In this document: positions 37,593-45,969 of the stretch, piece by piece
Numbering within the stretch: position 1 is the stretch's first letter
Layout of the letters: each line of letters starts with the position of its first letter
Source of the DNA: Alistipes sp.
Lineage (GTDB): Bacteria > Bacteroidota > Bacteroidia > Bacteroidales > Rikenellaceae
Assembly: GCA_017547175.1 (NCBI GenBank)
Contig: JAFYQI010000002.1
Location: forward strand, 145,722-209,721
Length of the DNA: 64,000 bases
Reading direction: 5' to 3'
Program-made: the position numbers and the translations under genes
Notes under the pieces: generated by a model
Seen by the model: only the letters and a program-made list of their open reading frames with translations
What the model was told of the DNA's origin: nothing
The model's database searches: none

Positions 37593-38270
37593 ATGGAGAC
37601 AAAGAAAACGCAGGTTTACAACCTTATTATTTTGGACAAGAGCGGATCAATGGAGAGTATCCGTAAGGCTGCCATTGATGGCTACAACGAGACTCTTGGC
37701 TCAATTAAGGCAGCTCAGCTCAAGCATCTCGACACACAGGAACACTTCATTTCGCTAGCTGCATTTTGTGGTTGCGGTGTAGATATGATCTACGATTGCA
37801 CTCCTATTAAGGATGCGGAAAAACTCACAAAGGCGAAGTATGATCCATGCTGCTGCACTCCTCTCTATGATGCGATCGGCAGATGTATTAAGGCATTGGC
37901 AAAGAAGACCGACAAAATTGAGGATGCCGCTGTGCTAGTTACTATCATTACAGATGGTGAGGAGAATGCCTCAGTAGAGTGGACTGGCCCAGCCATTAAG
38001 AGACTTATCGACGAGCGCAAGGAAGAGGGATGGATGTTCTCCTATATCGGTGCGGACCACGATGTAGAGAGCGTTGCAGCAAGCATCTCTATTACCAACA
38101 CTGTTGTATGGACCAAAACGACCGAAGGAACAGAGGCTGTGATCTGTAATGAGAATGAGGCTCGTGAGCGATTCTACGATAAGATGGATGCATGCTGCGC
38201 ACCTTGTGCAAGCGTACATGAGAGAAAGCGAATGCGCAAACAATTTTCGGAAGAGTATTATAAAAAGTAA
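37593..38270 (+). CDS. von Willebrand factor type A (vWA) domain protein
   Basis: MIDAS elements ILDKSGSM, CCTPLYDAIG, ITDGEENAS. No signal peptide. Confidence 0.8.
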   Translation: METKKTQVYNLIILDKSGSMESIRKAAIDGYNETLGSIKAAQLKHLDTQEHFISLAAFCGCGVDMIYDCTPIKDAEKLTKAKYDPCCCTPLYDAIGRCIKALAKKTDKIEDAAVLVTIITDGEENASVEWTGPAIKRLIDERKEEGWMFSYIGADHDVESVAASISITNTVVWTKTTEGTEAVICNENEARERFYDKMDACCAPCASVHERKRMRKQFSEEYYKK

Positions 38271-38275
38271 AAGTT

Positions 38276-39259
38276 ATGAATTTAGATATCACATTATCAA
38301 TTACCAAGAAGCAGGAGGCGCAGCACAACACCTTTCTGCTTAGGTGGAATCCCGCAATATCGTCATACACCATGGATCATCTTGATGATGATATGTCAGA
38401 GTGGGCGGATAGCCGTTGGTGGGATGACGACTTTGATTGGAGCGTCTATGAGTGGCAGAAGGCTCGAAAGGGCGATCGTTTCTTTATGGTGCGTGTAGGA
38501 GAGGGCAATACGGGTATTTTTGCTGCGGGCCGCTTTACATCCGAGCCATATAAAAGCGAGGATTGGTCTGGCAAAGGTCGCGAGGTCTATTATATGAAGA
38601 TGGAGTTTGAGGCGGTATTCCACCCGGAGCGTTCGGAGATTATCTCTACTGAGGATCTGGAGCGAGAGTTACCACATCTCGATTGGCGCAAAGGACATTC
38701 TGGCCAGCTGCTTGAAAAGGAGGATGCAGTTCGCCTGGAGCTGATGTGGCGCGATTTCGTGGGCCGCAATAAGACAATGTTCCTACCTCGCGCTCTGAAG
38801 AATGAGGACTACGACTCTCGTTCAGACATAGACAAGGCTATCGAGTTTGCCTCAAAGGCGCACGCTGCAGACTACGACCTCGATGGCAACCCAACCATCC
38901 TGCACCCGCTGGCGGTAGGTATGATGGGCCAAAACGACACCGAACGTATCGTAGGCTTTCTACACGACGTGGTCGAAGACACGAAATACGACTTTGATGA
39001 CTTGATCGACATCGGATTCTCGTCAGAAGTTATAGCCGCTTTGCGCCTCTTGACCCATGACAAGCGAACTCCATATATGGAGTATGTGGCACAGATCTGC
39101 AAATCAAACAACCGAACCGCCATTCATGTAAAAATGAATGATCTGCGCCACAACCTGGCTCGTGGCAAGGCTGGTGGACATATGCGTTGTGTCGAGAAGC
39201 ATACCATAGCCCTACAGTATATGGAGGATTATCTCCTACAACATAGCCTCACAGATTAG
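38276..39259 (+). CDS. fusion of a PUA-like (EVE/ASCH-type) domain and a RelA/SpoT-type HD (p)ppGpp-hydrolase domain
   Basis: C-terminus ILHPLAVGMM...VGFLHDVVEDT...MNDLRHNL is the HD_4 signature. N-terminus FLLRWNP...GDRFFMVRVG...GIFAAGRFTSEPY looks like a PUA-type barrel (this part is inferred). Confidence 0.7.
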   Translation: MNLDITLSITKKQEAQHNTFLLRWNPAISSYTMDHLDDDMSEWADSRWWDDDFDWSVYEWQKARKGDRFFMVRVGEGNTGIFAAGRFTSEPYKSEDWSGKGREVYYMKMEFEAVFHPERSEIISTEDLERELPHLDWRKGHSGQLLEKEDAVRLELMWRDFVGRNKTMFLPRALKNEDYDSRSDIDKAIEFASKAHAADYDLDGNPTILHPLAVGMMGQNDTERIVGFLHDVVEDTKYDFDDLIDIGFSSEVIAALRLLTHDKRTPYMEYVAQICKSNNRTAIHVKMNDLRHNLARGKAGGHMRCVEKHTIALQYMEDYLLQHSLTD

Positions 39260-39263
39260 TAAC

Positions 39264-39503
39264 ATGTCAAGCTATCGCCGCTTTCGTACTTTTCTGCAAG
39301 AGCAACATTGCGAAGAGGCCTTTGACCGAGCCTTCTATCACCACAACGGTTTCATCTCGCTAGATGAGTCGTTGTGGCAAGCCGGTGAAGCGGCTTATAT
39401 CCTCGCACAGGCCTTCGACTGGCGAAAAACTCCCGAAGGCCGAGCATTTTGGGTGGAGATTGATAGAAAATGGCACGCTTGGCGAAAAAGCAGCATCTTA
39501 TAG
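39264..39503 (+). CDS. hypothetical protein (79 aa)
   Basis: Starts 4 nt after the upstream stop with the same codon bias. No motif recognised. Confidence 0.5.
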   Translation: MSSYRRFRTFLQEQHCEEAFDRAFYHHNGFISLDESLWQAGEAAYILAQAFDWRKTPEGRAFWVEIDRKWHAWRKSSIL

Positions 39504-39571
39504 CTGACCAATGGTGGATGTTGCACTTCGGCCATGAAGATCATCAGACACACGATGCCGTGCAAGTTGAC

Positions 39572-39607
39572 AAAAAAAACCGCGTCAGAGATCATCTGAC
39601 GCGGTTT
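39572..39607 (-). terminator. terminator of tRNA-Leu (usable in both directions)
   Basis: AAACCGCGTCAG-AGATCAT-CTGACGCGGTTT with an A-run on the plus strand (T-run on the minus strand). Confidence 0.65.
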
Positions 39608-39611
39608 CCAG

Positions 39612-39697
39612 TACTCGGAACGGGAATCGAACCCGTACGGCCATTACTGGCCACAGGATTTTAAGTCCGGCGTGTCTACCTATTCCACCATCCGAGC
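39612..39697 (-). tRNA. tRNA-Leu (anticodon TAA), long variable arm
   Basis: Hand fold: acceptor GCTCGGA/TCCGAGT (G1.U72), anticodon loop CTTAAAA, variable arm GTGGCCAGTAATGGCCGT, T arm ACGGG-TTCGATT-CCCGT. Confidence 0.85.
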
Positions 39698-39739
39698 AAC
39701 CCTGTTTGCTGTTCAGCGACGCAAAATTAGTAAAAAAAA

Positions 39740-40663
39740 TTAATTCGTGCAACTTTCGATATGCTCCTTGATCCGTTCATCATCATCAGGGCGAAACCAA
39801 TGCACCTCCTGATCACGCCTAAACCAGGTCAGTTGACGTTTGGCATAACGGCGCGAGTTGCGCTGAATGAGGGCCACAGCCTCGTCGTGCGTGATCGTAC
39901 CATCAAAATAGTCAAAGAGTTCCTTATACCCCACCGTCTGTAGGGCATTGAGCCGTCGATGAGGAAGCATCGCACGAGCCTCGGCCTCCAACCCCTCCCC
40001 CATCATCAACTCCACACGGCGGTCGATGCGGGCGTATAACTCCTCACGAGGCAGATCGACGCCAATCTTAAGGATGCGGAAAGGCCGCTGTCGACGTTCG
40101 CCGGTACGCAACGACGAATAGGGCTGTCCCGTCTGCAAGCAAACCTCCAAAGCACGTAGCACGCGTGCGGGATTTTGGCGATCCACCTGCTCGTAATAGC
40201 TCGGATCGAGTTGTTGAAGTTCCTCGCATAGTGGCTCCAACCCCTCCGTCTGCAAACGACGAGTCAACTCCTCGCGAAGCTTTTCATCAGCTTCGGGCAA
40301 TTCATCCATCCCCTCACACAAGGCGCGAACATATAGTCCTGATCCACCAACGGCTATTACCGTATCGTGTTGTTGAAACAGTTCATCCAATCGTGCAAGT
40401 GCCATCACCTCATACGAGCCGCAATTCACATCATCGGTCACAGCTCGATCGGCAATAAAATGGTGCTCGGCACGTGCCAGTTGTTCGGGGGTAGGTTGAG
40501 CCGTGCCTATCGGCAGACCTTGGTAAAACTGACGCGAATCGGTCGAAAGTATCGGCGCATGATAATGTTCGGCAAGGCGGATACTCAGATCCGTCTTGCC
40601 GCATCCCGTCGGGCCGACAATCACGACCAACCGTTTAATACTCATCGTCGTAGCTATCGTCAC
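39740..40663 (-). CDS. miaA: tRNA dimethylallyltransferase
   Basis: P-loop VIVGPTGCGKTDLS, and STDSRQFYQGLPIGTAQP. The true start may be Met-7 (40645). Confidence 0.9.
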   Translation of the reverse strand: MTIATTMSIKRLVVIVGPTGCGKTDLSIRLAEHYHAPILSTDSRQFYQGLPIGTAQPTPEQLARAEHHFIADRAVTDDVNCGSYEVMALARLDELFQQHDTVIAVGGSGLYVRALCEGMDELPEADEKLREELTRRLQTEGLEPLCEELQQLDPSYYEQVDRQNPARVLRALEVCLQTGQPYSSLRTGERRQRPFRILKIGVDLPREELYARIDRRVELMMGEGLEAEARAMLPHRRLNALQTVGYKELFDYFDGTITHDEAVALIQRNSRRYAKRQLTWFRRDQEVHWFRPDDDERIKEHIESCTN

Positions 40664-41150
40664 CCTCGAAGTCCGAGAACTCGCTCATCACATCGTCAAA
40701 GATCGAGCCGTCATCATCGTCGGCGTTCGTCTTCGTAGGATCATACTGATCGGGCACATCGGCCACAGCGTAGATCTCGCGCGGATAGGTTGCACCCTCC
40801 TCAGCCTCGTAAGCACCCGTCAGCTCCAGGTAGTAGGCACGCTCGCCAAACATATCGAAGAGGTAGATCAGGCGGTCACGCAGGTGGTGGATGATCTGAC
40901 CGAGCTTGATCTGATCCATCGGCAGGGGGCTGTTCTCCGAGCCGTCGTCCATATCCATCAGCGTAAACTCACGCAACTTCTCCCAACGGTTGTCTGCCGT
41001 AAAGAAGGAGGCCATGCAGGGCTCATACTCCAACGCCTCGAGCAGGAATTCATGAAAATCGAGCAGCGTGGCATCGTACATAATCTCGTAGTCGCGCACA
41101 AAACGATCGTTCTCGTCGCTGAGCATGCGGAAGCGAAATACCATCGACAT
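40635..41150 (-). CDS. pRiA4b ORF-3-like / IS1096 TnpR-passenger family protein
   Basis: FRFRMLSDENDRFVRDYEIMYDATLLDFHEFLLEALEYEP...FFTADNRWEK fits the family as I recall it. Acidic C-terminal tail. Confidence 0.6.
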   Translation of the reverse strand: MSMVFRFRMLSDENDRFVRDYEIMYDATLLDFHEFLLEALEYEPCMASFFTADNRWEKLREFTLMDMDDGSENSPLPMDQIKLGQIIHHLRDRLIYLFDMFGERAYYLELTGAYEAEEGATYPREIYAVADVPDQYDPTKTNADDDDGSIFDDVMSEFSDFEGDDSYDDEY

Positions 41151-41184
41151 AAGGGGTAATTTTTGAGTTTATAGGACAAATATA

Positions 41185-42153
41185 CTAAATCGTTTCCAAA
41201 AATGCAATGACATCTACCGCATCGGGATAATCGGTCAGGGCGGGATGTTGCGCACGGCCGAAATCGACCCGACGCGCATGGGCGATCGAACGCCCTACGA
41301 CACACTGCAATTCGCGATCGTGAGCGGCCAACCACTGCTCCACCTCAGGTGCGGTGTCGTAGTAGCGATAGGCAATAGCCGAGAGGGCATGCGGAAACTC
41401 TGCTCGCTGTACCGCCACGGCATCACCAAGGTCAATAAACGGCTCACCGGCCATCTGCATCAGCGCTTTAGTCTGCAAATAGTTGTTGCGATATTTCGGA
41501 TGTCGGATCTGCGGTTGCAGAGGCGGAAAGGGCATTCCTCGCTTTAAGAACAACATCGACACATTGCGACACCCCAAACCATAATGCAACCAAATATCTT
41601 CCTCCAAGCCCCGCAACGCCTCTTCAGACTCCTTGCCCGTCAACACGGCAACCGATTGACGCGATCCGCGCAACAAGGTTGGGATCGACCCATAATGCGC
41701 CCGGAAATAGCGGTTCGTATTATTGCTACCCGTGGCAATAACCGCATCGGGGACAAATTGACCATCGTACACCTCAACATTCAGAGAGGGATCAATGGTG
41801 CGAAGTTCACCGATTGCATACTCCATCAGTACACGATCCTTCGACGAGGGTTTCACCAGACAACGATGGCCACTTACCACCACACACAGCATATCGAAAA
41901 AACCTACCAACGGCAGATTACCGGCCATAATGACCAGCACATTTTTCGGGCGCTGCACAGGCACGGCATACGACGCAAGCCAAGCAGCTAACTTTTCCGG
42001 ATCGAGCATTTCGGTACGAATAGCCTCGATGGCTGCACCTATCGATGCAGCGGTAAACCATGGATTATGCGCCATGGCACACTTCACCACATCTTCAGGC
42101 ACTCTTGTTAGCCGATCAGCGAGCTGACAAAGGGTATCAATCGTTGTTTTCAT
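41185..42153 (-). CDS. acyl-CoA reductase (LuxC-like) family protein
   Basis: SNNTNRYFRAHYGSIPTLLRGSRQSVAVLTG...YGLGCRNVSMLFL resembles Bacteroidota LuxC-like proteins. Confidence 0.6.
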   Translation of the reverse strand: MKTTIDTLCQLADRLTRVPEDVVKCAMAHNPWFTAASIGAAIEAIRTEMLDPEKLAAWLASYAVPVQRPKNVLVIMAGNLPLVGFFDMLCVVVSGHRCLVKPSSKDRVLMEYAIGELRTIDPSLNVEVYDGQFVPDAVIATGSNNTNRYFRAHYGSIPTLLRGSRQSVAVLTGKESEEALRGLEEDIWLHYGLGCRNVSMLFLKRGMPFPPLQPQIRHPKYRNNYLQTKALMQMAGEPFIDLGDAVAVQRAEFPHALSAIAYRYYDTAPEVEQWLAAHDRELQCVVGRSIAHARRVDFGRAQHPALTDYPDAVDVIAFLETI

Positions 42154-42257
42154 TACTACAAAGATAGGCTTTGGGACGGGATTTCAGCTGTTTTTTGACT
42201 TTTTTTCTGAAAAAATTTGCAAACTAAGATTTTTGCCGTATATTTGCACTCGCAATT

Positions 42258-42333
42258 GCGGAAATAGCTCAGTTGGTAGAGCATAACCTTGCCAAGGTTA
42301 GGGTCGCGAGTTCGAGTCTCGTTTTCCGCTCCA
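42258..42333 (+). tRNA. tRNA-Gly (anticodon GCC), CCA encoded
   Basis: Acceptor GCGGAAA/TTTCCGC, anticodon arm TAACC-TTGCCAA-GGTTA, T loop TTCGAGT. Confidence 0.9.
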
Positions 42334-42343
42334 AGAAACACTA

Positions 42344-42376
42344 AAAACCCCTTACAGACATCTGTAAGGGGTTTTT
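42344..42376. terminator. bidirectional terminator
   Basis: AAAAACCCCTTACAGA-CA-TCTGTAAGGGGTTTTT. Confidence 0.7.
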
Positions 42377-42446
42377 ACTTACCCCAACCTTAGCAAAGTT
42401 GGAGCCGCAATATTCGCCATTTCACCATCGGCAAAATAGCATTTCA

Positions 42447-43208
42447 CTAAGGTCTTAGGCCACTACCACCTTGCAATGTGATGGTCTCGCCTGTAACATA
42501 CGCGGCATCGTCAGAGGCAAGGAACACGCACACACGACCAATATCACCCTTGGGGTCGGCGAAGTGTCCCAACGGAATACCTTGAATGGTCTTTTCGTAA
42601 AGTTCTGGGAAGTTCTCACGCCACTGCTGCAGGCTCTCGGTCATGGCCAGAGGGCAGATAACATTCACTCGCACGCCATCTGGACCCCACTCTGCTGCTG
42701 CCACGCGTGACATACCTCGAATACCCTCTTTGGCTGCGGCATACGACGCCTGACCCAACTTACCAAACAGACCTGCTCCCGATGCAAAATTAATCACCGA
42801 GCCTCGCGAAGCCTTTAAGTATGGGAAGCACTCGCGCATATAGAAGAATGCAGCATACAAACCCGAATAGATTGCAAGGTCAAAATCCTCCTTCGTATGC
42901 TCAACCAGCGGCATGCCCGACTTCGACACCTGGGCATTATTTACCAATGTATTTAGTTTACCAAACGTCTCGATCGTCTTTGTAACTGCCATCTTGATGG
43001 CCTGTTCGTCGGCACCGTCGGCTACAACAGGCAACACTTCGATACCATAATGCTCCTCTAATTTTCGCTTTGCCTCAAGTAAGCGAGACTCGGTTCTACC
43101 AGTAAGCACAAGGTTTGAACCCTCCTCGGCAAAAGCCTCAGCCAAGCCGAATCCAATTCCTTTACCGCCACCTGTGATAAGGGTGACATTTCCATTTAAG
43201 CGTTTCAT
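42447..43208 (-). CDS. SDR family oxidoreductase
   Basis: TGGGKGIGFG cofactor motif and YAAAK catalytic motif. Confidence 0.85.
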   Translation of the reverse strand: MKRLNGNVTLITGGGKGIGFGLAEAFAEEGSNLVLTGRTESRLLEAKRKLEEHYGIEVLPVVADGADEQAIKMAVTKTIETFGKLNTLVNNAQVSKSGMPLVEHTKEDFDLAIYSGLYAAFFYMRECFPYLKASRGSVINFASGAGLFGKLGQASYAAAKEGIRGMSRVAAAEWGPDGVRVNVICPLAMTESLQQWRENFPELYEKTIQGIPLGHFADPKGDIGRVCVFLASDDAAYVTGETITLQGGSGLRP

Positions 43209-43495
43209 AATTATCGAATTTTGAAATTATGCAATATTTAACATTGCCACGATGAACACACCGTGCCCCAACACAACGCTAAAATTAATCATTTTATGGC
43301 ACAATTTACCATCACGGCGTGAAAATATATCACTAAAGAACTATTATCGTGCTATAGCAGCACATTTTACGCCGTAAGGTGGGAGTATTTTGCCCACCTA
43401 CACGTTTTTCACTATGTATTACAAATTAATATCCTACATGAAGGCAAAGCCAGCGTAAAACTTCGAATTCTTCTCCTGTTTTTAGGTAATAATTA

Positions 43496-43702
43496 GTTAA
43501 AATATCGAAGGCGTAACAAAATAAAAATTTCCTGATTGGTTACCAATAAGTTGGGGGACTTCACAACAATTCAAGGCTAAGCTTGAAGAATGTGTAAAAT
43601 CCCGATAATGACCAAGTTAAATTATTAAACTTGGGTTTCGGTGGGTTATTGGGATTGGTTGGGAATATTGGAAATTTTTTACACCTTGAGCATTATTATT
43701 CC
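43496..43702 (+). repeat. ~206-bp intergenic repeat, copy A
   Basis: First 54 nt are identical to copy B. The last ~107 nt differ at about 4 positions. The central ~44 nt are divergent. Confidence 0.85.
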
Positions 43703-43754
43703 AAAATTCCTATTACCCCACCCTCCCCAAAAAAAATCCTATAAAATTAGTTGC

Positions 43755-43781
43755 ATAACTAAACATTTAGTTATATATTTG
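43755..43781 (+). promoter_or_regulatory. BlaI-type operator palindrome overlapping a -7 box
   Basis: ATAACTAAA-CA-TTTAGTTAT (43755-43774) abuts or overlaps TATATTTG (43774-43781), 33 nt before the blaI-like ATG. Confidence 0.5.
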
Positions 43782-43813
43782 CAACAGCAAAACACCATAG
43801 AAACTTTCACACC

Positions 43814-44200
43814 ATGGAAAACTCCACCAAAAACCGCCCGCAAGAGCTCACAAAGGCCGAATTGGAAATTATGCAGATTCTTTGGCGGATCGAACGAGGC
43901 GTGATTCACGACATCATGCAGGAGATCGCCGAGCCGAAGCCCGCCTACAACACCGTATCGACCATTGTCCGCATTCTCGAGAAGAAGGGATATGTGGATC
44001 ACAAGGCCTACGGCAAGACCCACGAATACTACCCCGTCGTCAGCAAGCAAAGCTACACCGACCGCTACATGCACGGCGTGTTGCAGAACTTCTTCGACGG
44101 CTCGTTGAGCCGCCTCGTCTCGTTCTTCTCTGCACAACAGTCGATCTCGACCGAGGAGGTCGATGAGATCCTGCGCATGCTCAACGAACAGAAAAAATAA
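43814..44200 (+). CDS. BlaI/MecI/CopY family transcriptional repressor
   Basis: Winged-helix pattern ELEIMQILW...YNTVSTIVRILEKKGYVDHKAYGKTHEYYP. Confidence 0.85.
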   Translation: MENSTKNRPQELTKAELEIMQILWRIERGVIHDIMQEIAEPKPAYNTVSTIVRILEKKGYVDHKAYGKTHEYYPVVSKQSYTDRYMHGVLQNFFDGSLSRLVSFFSAQQSISTEEVDEILRMLNEQKK

Positions 44201-44217
44201 CCACCAACCCCTACCCT

Positions 44218-45879
44218 ATGGCCTCGATGTTCGGCTATCTGATCGAAGTGCTCCTTTGTAGCGGGCTCTTCGTGGCGCTCTACCGCTGTCTGCTTGCGCG
44301 GAGGGTCAATTACACCCTCTGCCGTCGCTACTTGGTGGGGACAATGCTGTTGGCAGCGATTATTCCCGCATTGGAGGTACCGCTCTACCCTGCCGAGAGT
44401 GCCTACTCGCCCCTGCCGATCTTTGAAATCGAAACGGCGGAAGTGATTGAATCCGAGCAGACTACCCTACCCTCGAAAGAGTCATTCCACGAGGCGTGGC
44501 GTACTGTTTTAATAGGGGGATACTTCACTATATCGGTGTTATTGCTTGCACTATTGGCTATTCGACTGCTTTCGATCGCTCGACTGCGGAGCAAAGCGCA
44601 ATTAACGCATTGCGAGGGCTACACCCTTGCCGAAAGCGATGCGGTAAAGACCCCCTTCTCCTTTTGGGGAACGATCTTTTTGGCGCTCGGCTACGAAGCC
44701 GAGGAGCGAAGGCAGATCATCGCGCACGAGCGTTCTCATATCCGCCACCAACACACGGCTGATCGACTGATATTGGAGCTCATGCGCACGCTCTTCTGGT
44801 GCAACCCCTTCCTTTGGTTGGCGGAGCGATGGCTGATCGATGTGCAGGAGTGGCAGGCCGACGCCGATGTGTTGGCTGAAGGGACAGACCTACACACCTA
44901 CCAAGCAACCATTTTCAAACAACTCTTTGGTTATAATCCGGATATAACCTGCGGGTTGAGTAATTCATTCACTAAAAACAGATTTCTTATGATGACTCAA
45001 CAACCACGCGGTGGGAATCCGCTGCTGCGCCTCGGTGTAGCACTCCCGCTCATTGCGGGCATGATTCTGGCTTTCGGAGCAACGGCTGCCGAACCGAAAT
45101 TTGACGAGAAGAGGAACGCCATTGAGCAAACCAAAGAGCAAACGACGGCTCGTTTGGAGGTGCTGGCCGAGCACTATCGCTTCAACGGCGAGGTATTCAC
45201 CAAAGAGGAGCTGCCCGCGGCAATCGAGCGGTTTCGTGAGGGGCTGAGCGATCCGACCAAAGCTGTTGTTCACATCTCGGCCGCGCCCGAGACGAAGTTG
45301 GGCGCCGTTCAAGACGCAAAGGAGATCCTTCGCCAATCGAAGGTGCTGCGCATTCGGTACGAGGAGATGGGCTACGGTGCGCAGGTACTGCCGCCTCGTG
45401 CGACGAGCGAGAGTAAGCAGATTGAGCATCATGAGACGACGGTCAAGCAGCGCAACCACTTCCAGATCAACCTCAATGCCAACGGGAAACTGCTCTGTGG
45501 CACTCAGGCAAAATTACAGATGCAAGATGGGTTGGAGGGCGTTTGCAACTACCTGAAACGCTTTGTAATGAATCCGACGGGGGTGCTTGAGCTCTCTGAG
45601 CAAGAAGATCGCGTGTTCACACTCGTAGACGGTCGAACATTCACGCTCCCCGTGAGCAAGGGTATGATTTCAATCCAAACCTCAGCAAATGTCGCTGCCA
45701 AAGATTACTTTGCACTCACACACGCCATCGCAGTGGCCTATGGCGAAATGCGTAACGAACTCGCCGAGCAACTCTTTAAGCGGCCGATGCAGGAGCTATC
45801 GCAAGAGGAACACGAGCTGATCCACCGTGCTATCCCGATTCGCGTAAGCGAGGGAATGGTGAAGGTGAGGGAATTTTAG
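44218..45879 (+). CDS. M56 family (BlaR1-like) membrane metallopeptidase sensor
   Basis: Four N-terminal TM helices and the HExxH site in IIAHERSHIRHQH. The C-terminal ~250 aa are not a penicillin-binding domain. Confidence 0.8.
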   Translation: MASMFGYLIEVLLCSGLFVALYRCLLARRVNYTLCRRYLVGTMLLAAIIPALEVPLYPAESAYSPLPIFEIETAEVIESEQTTLPSKESFHEAWRTVLIGGYFTISVLLLALLAIRLLSIARLRSKAQLTHCEGYTLAESDAVKTPFSFWGTIFLALGYEAEERRQIIAHERSHIRHQHTADRLILELMRTLFWCNPFLWLAERWLIDVQEWQADADVLAEGTDLHTYQATIFKQLFGYNPDITCGLSNSFTKNRFLMMTQQPRGGNPLLRLGVALPLIAGMILAFGATAAEPKFDEKRNAIEQTKEQTTARLEVLAEHYRFNGEVFTKEELPAAIERFREGLSDPTKAVVHISAAPETKLGAVQDAKEILRQSKVLRIRYEEMGYGAQVLPPRATSESKQIEHHETTVKQRNHFQINLNANGKLLCGTQAKLQMQDGLEGVCNYLKRFVMNPTGVLELSEQEDRVFTLVDGRTFTLPVSKGMISIQTSANVAAKDYFALTHAIAVAYGEMRNELAEQLFKRPMQELSQEEHELIHRAIPIRVSEGMVKVREF

Positions 45880-45922
45880 GAGTTTTGGGAGCTTTGGGAA
45901 GGCTGGGAGTTTTGGGAGTTTT
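45869..45922 (+). repeat. six tandem 9-bp units (GGGAGTTTT consensus)
   Basis: GGGAATTTT AGGAGTTTT GGGAGCTTT GGGAAGGCT GGGAGTTTT GGGAGTTTT. Starts in the last codons of the blaR1-like gene. The last unit pairs with AAAACTCCC at 45937-45945. Confidence 0.8.
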
Positions 45923-45969
45923 TTGGCGAGTTTCGCAAAACTCCCATTATTCCTATTATTCCCAAAATT

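Noticed and set aside
39313-39319. AAGAGGC, the canonical 3' acceptor strand missing from tRNA-Lys, as a candidate attR remnant
   Set aside because: It lies inside a coding frame and is not preceded by any T-arm sequence. The base after it is C, not the expected discriminator A. A 7-mer match is expected by chance in 15 kb.
39612-39697. G1.U72 pair in tRNA-Leu as a second integration scar
   Set aside because: Only one position deviates. The tRNA is followed directly by its own well-formed terminator, so the 3' flank looks native. The evidence is too weak to call.
43641-43904. ORFs beginning GYWDWLGILEI... at 43641 and again at 46106, which look like a conserved N-terminal peptide
   Set aside because: The shared peptide is simply the translation of the ~206-bp DNA repeat. 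In each case the frame runs into an unrelated downstream gene or its promoter, and better starts exist (43814, 46256).
45869-45922. Possible CRISPR array or other repeat-spacer structure
   Set aside because: The units are contiguous 9-bp tandem repeats with no spacers. The 206-bp repeats are far too long and too few. No cas genes are in the window.
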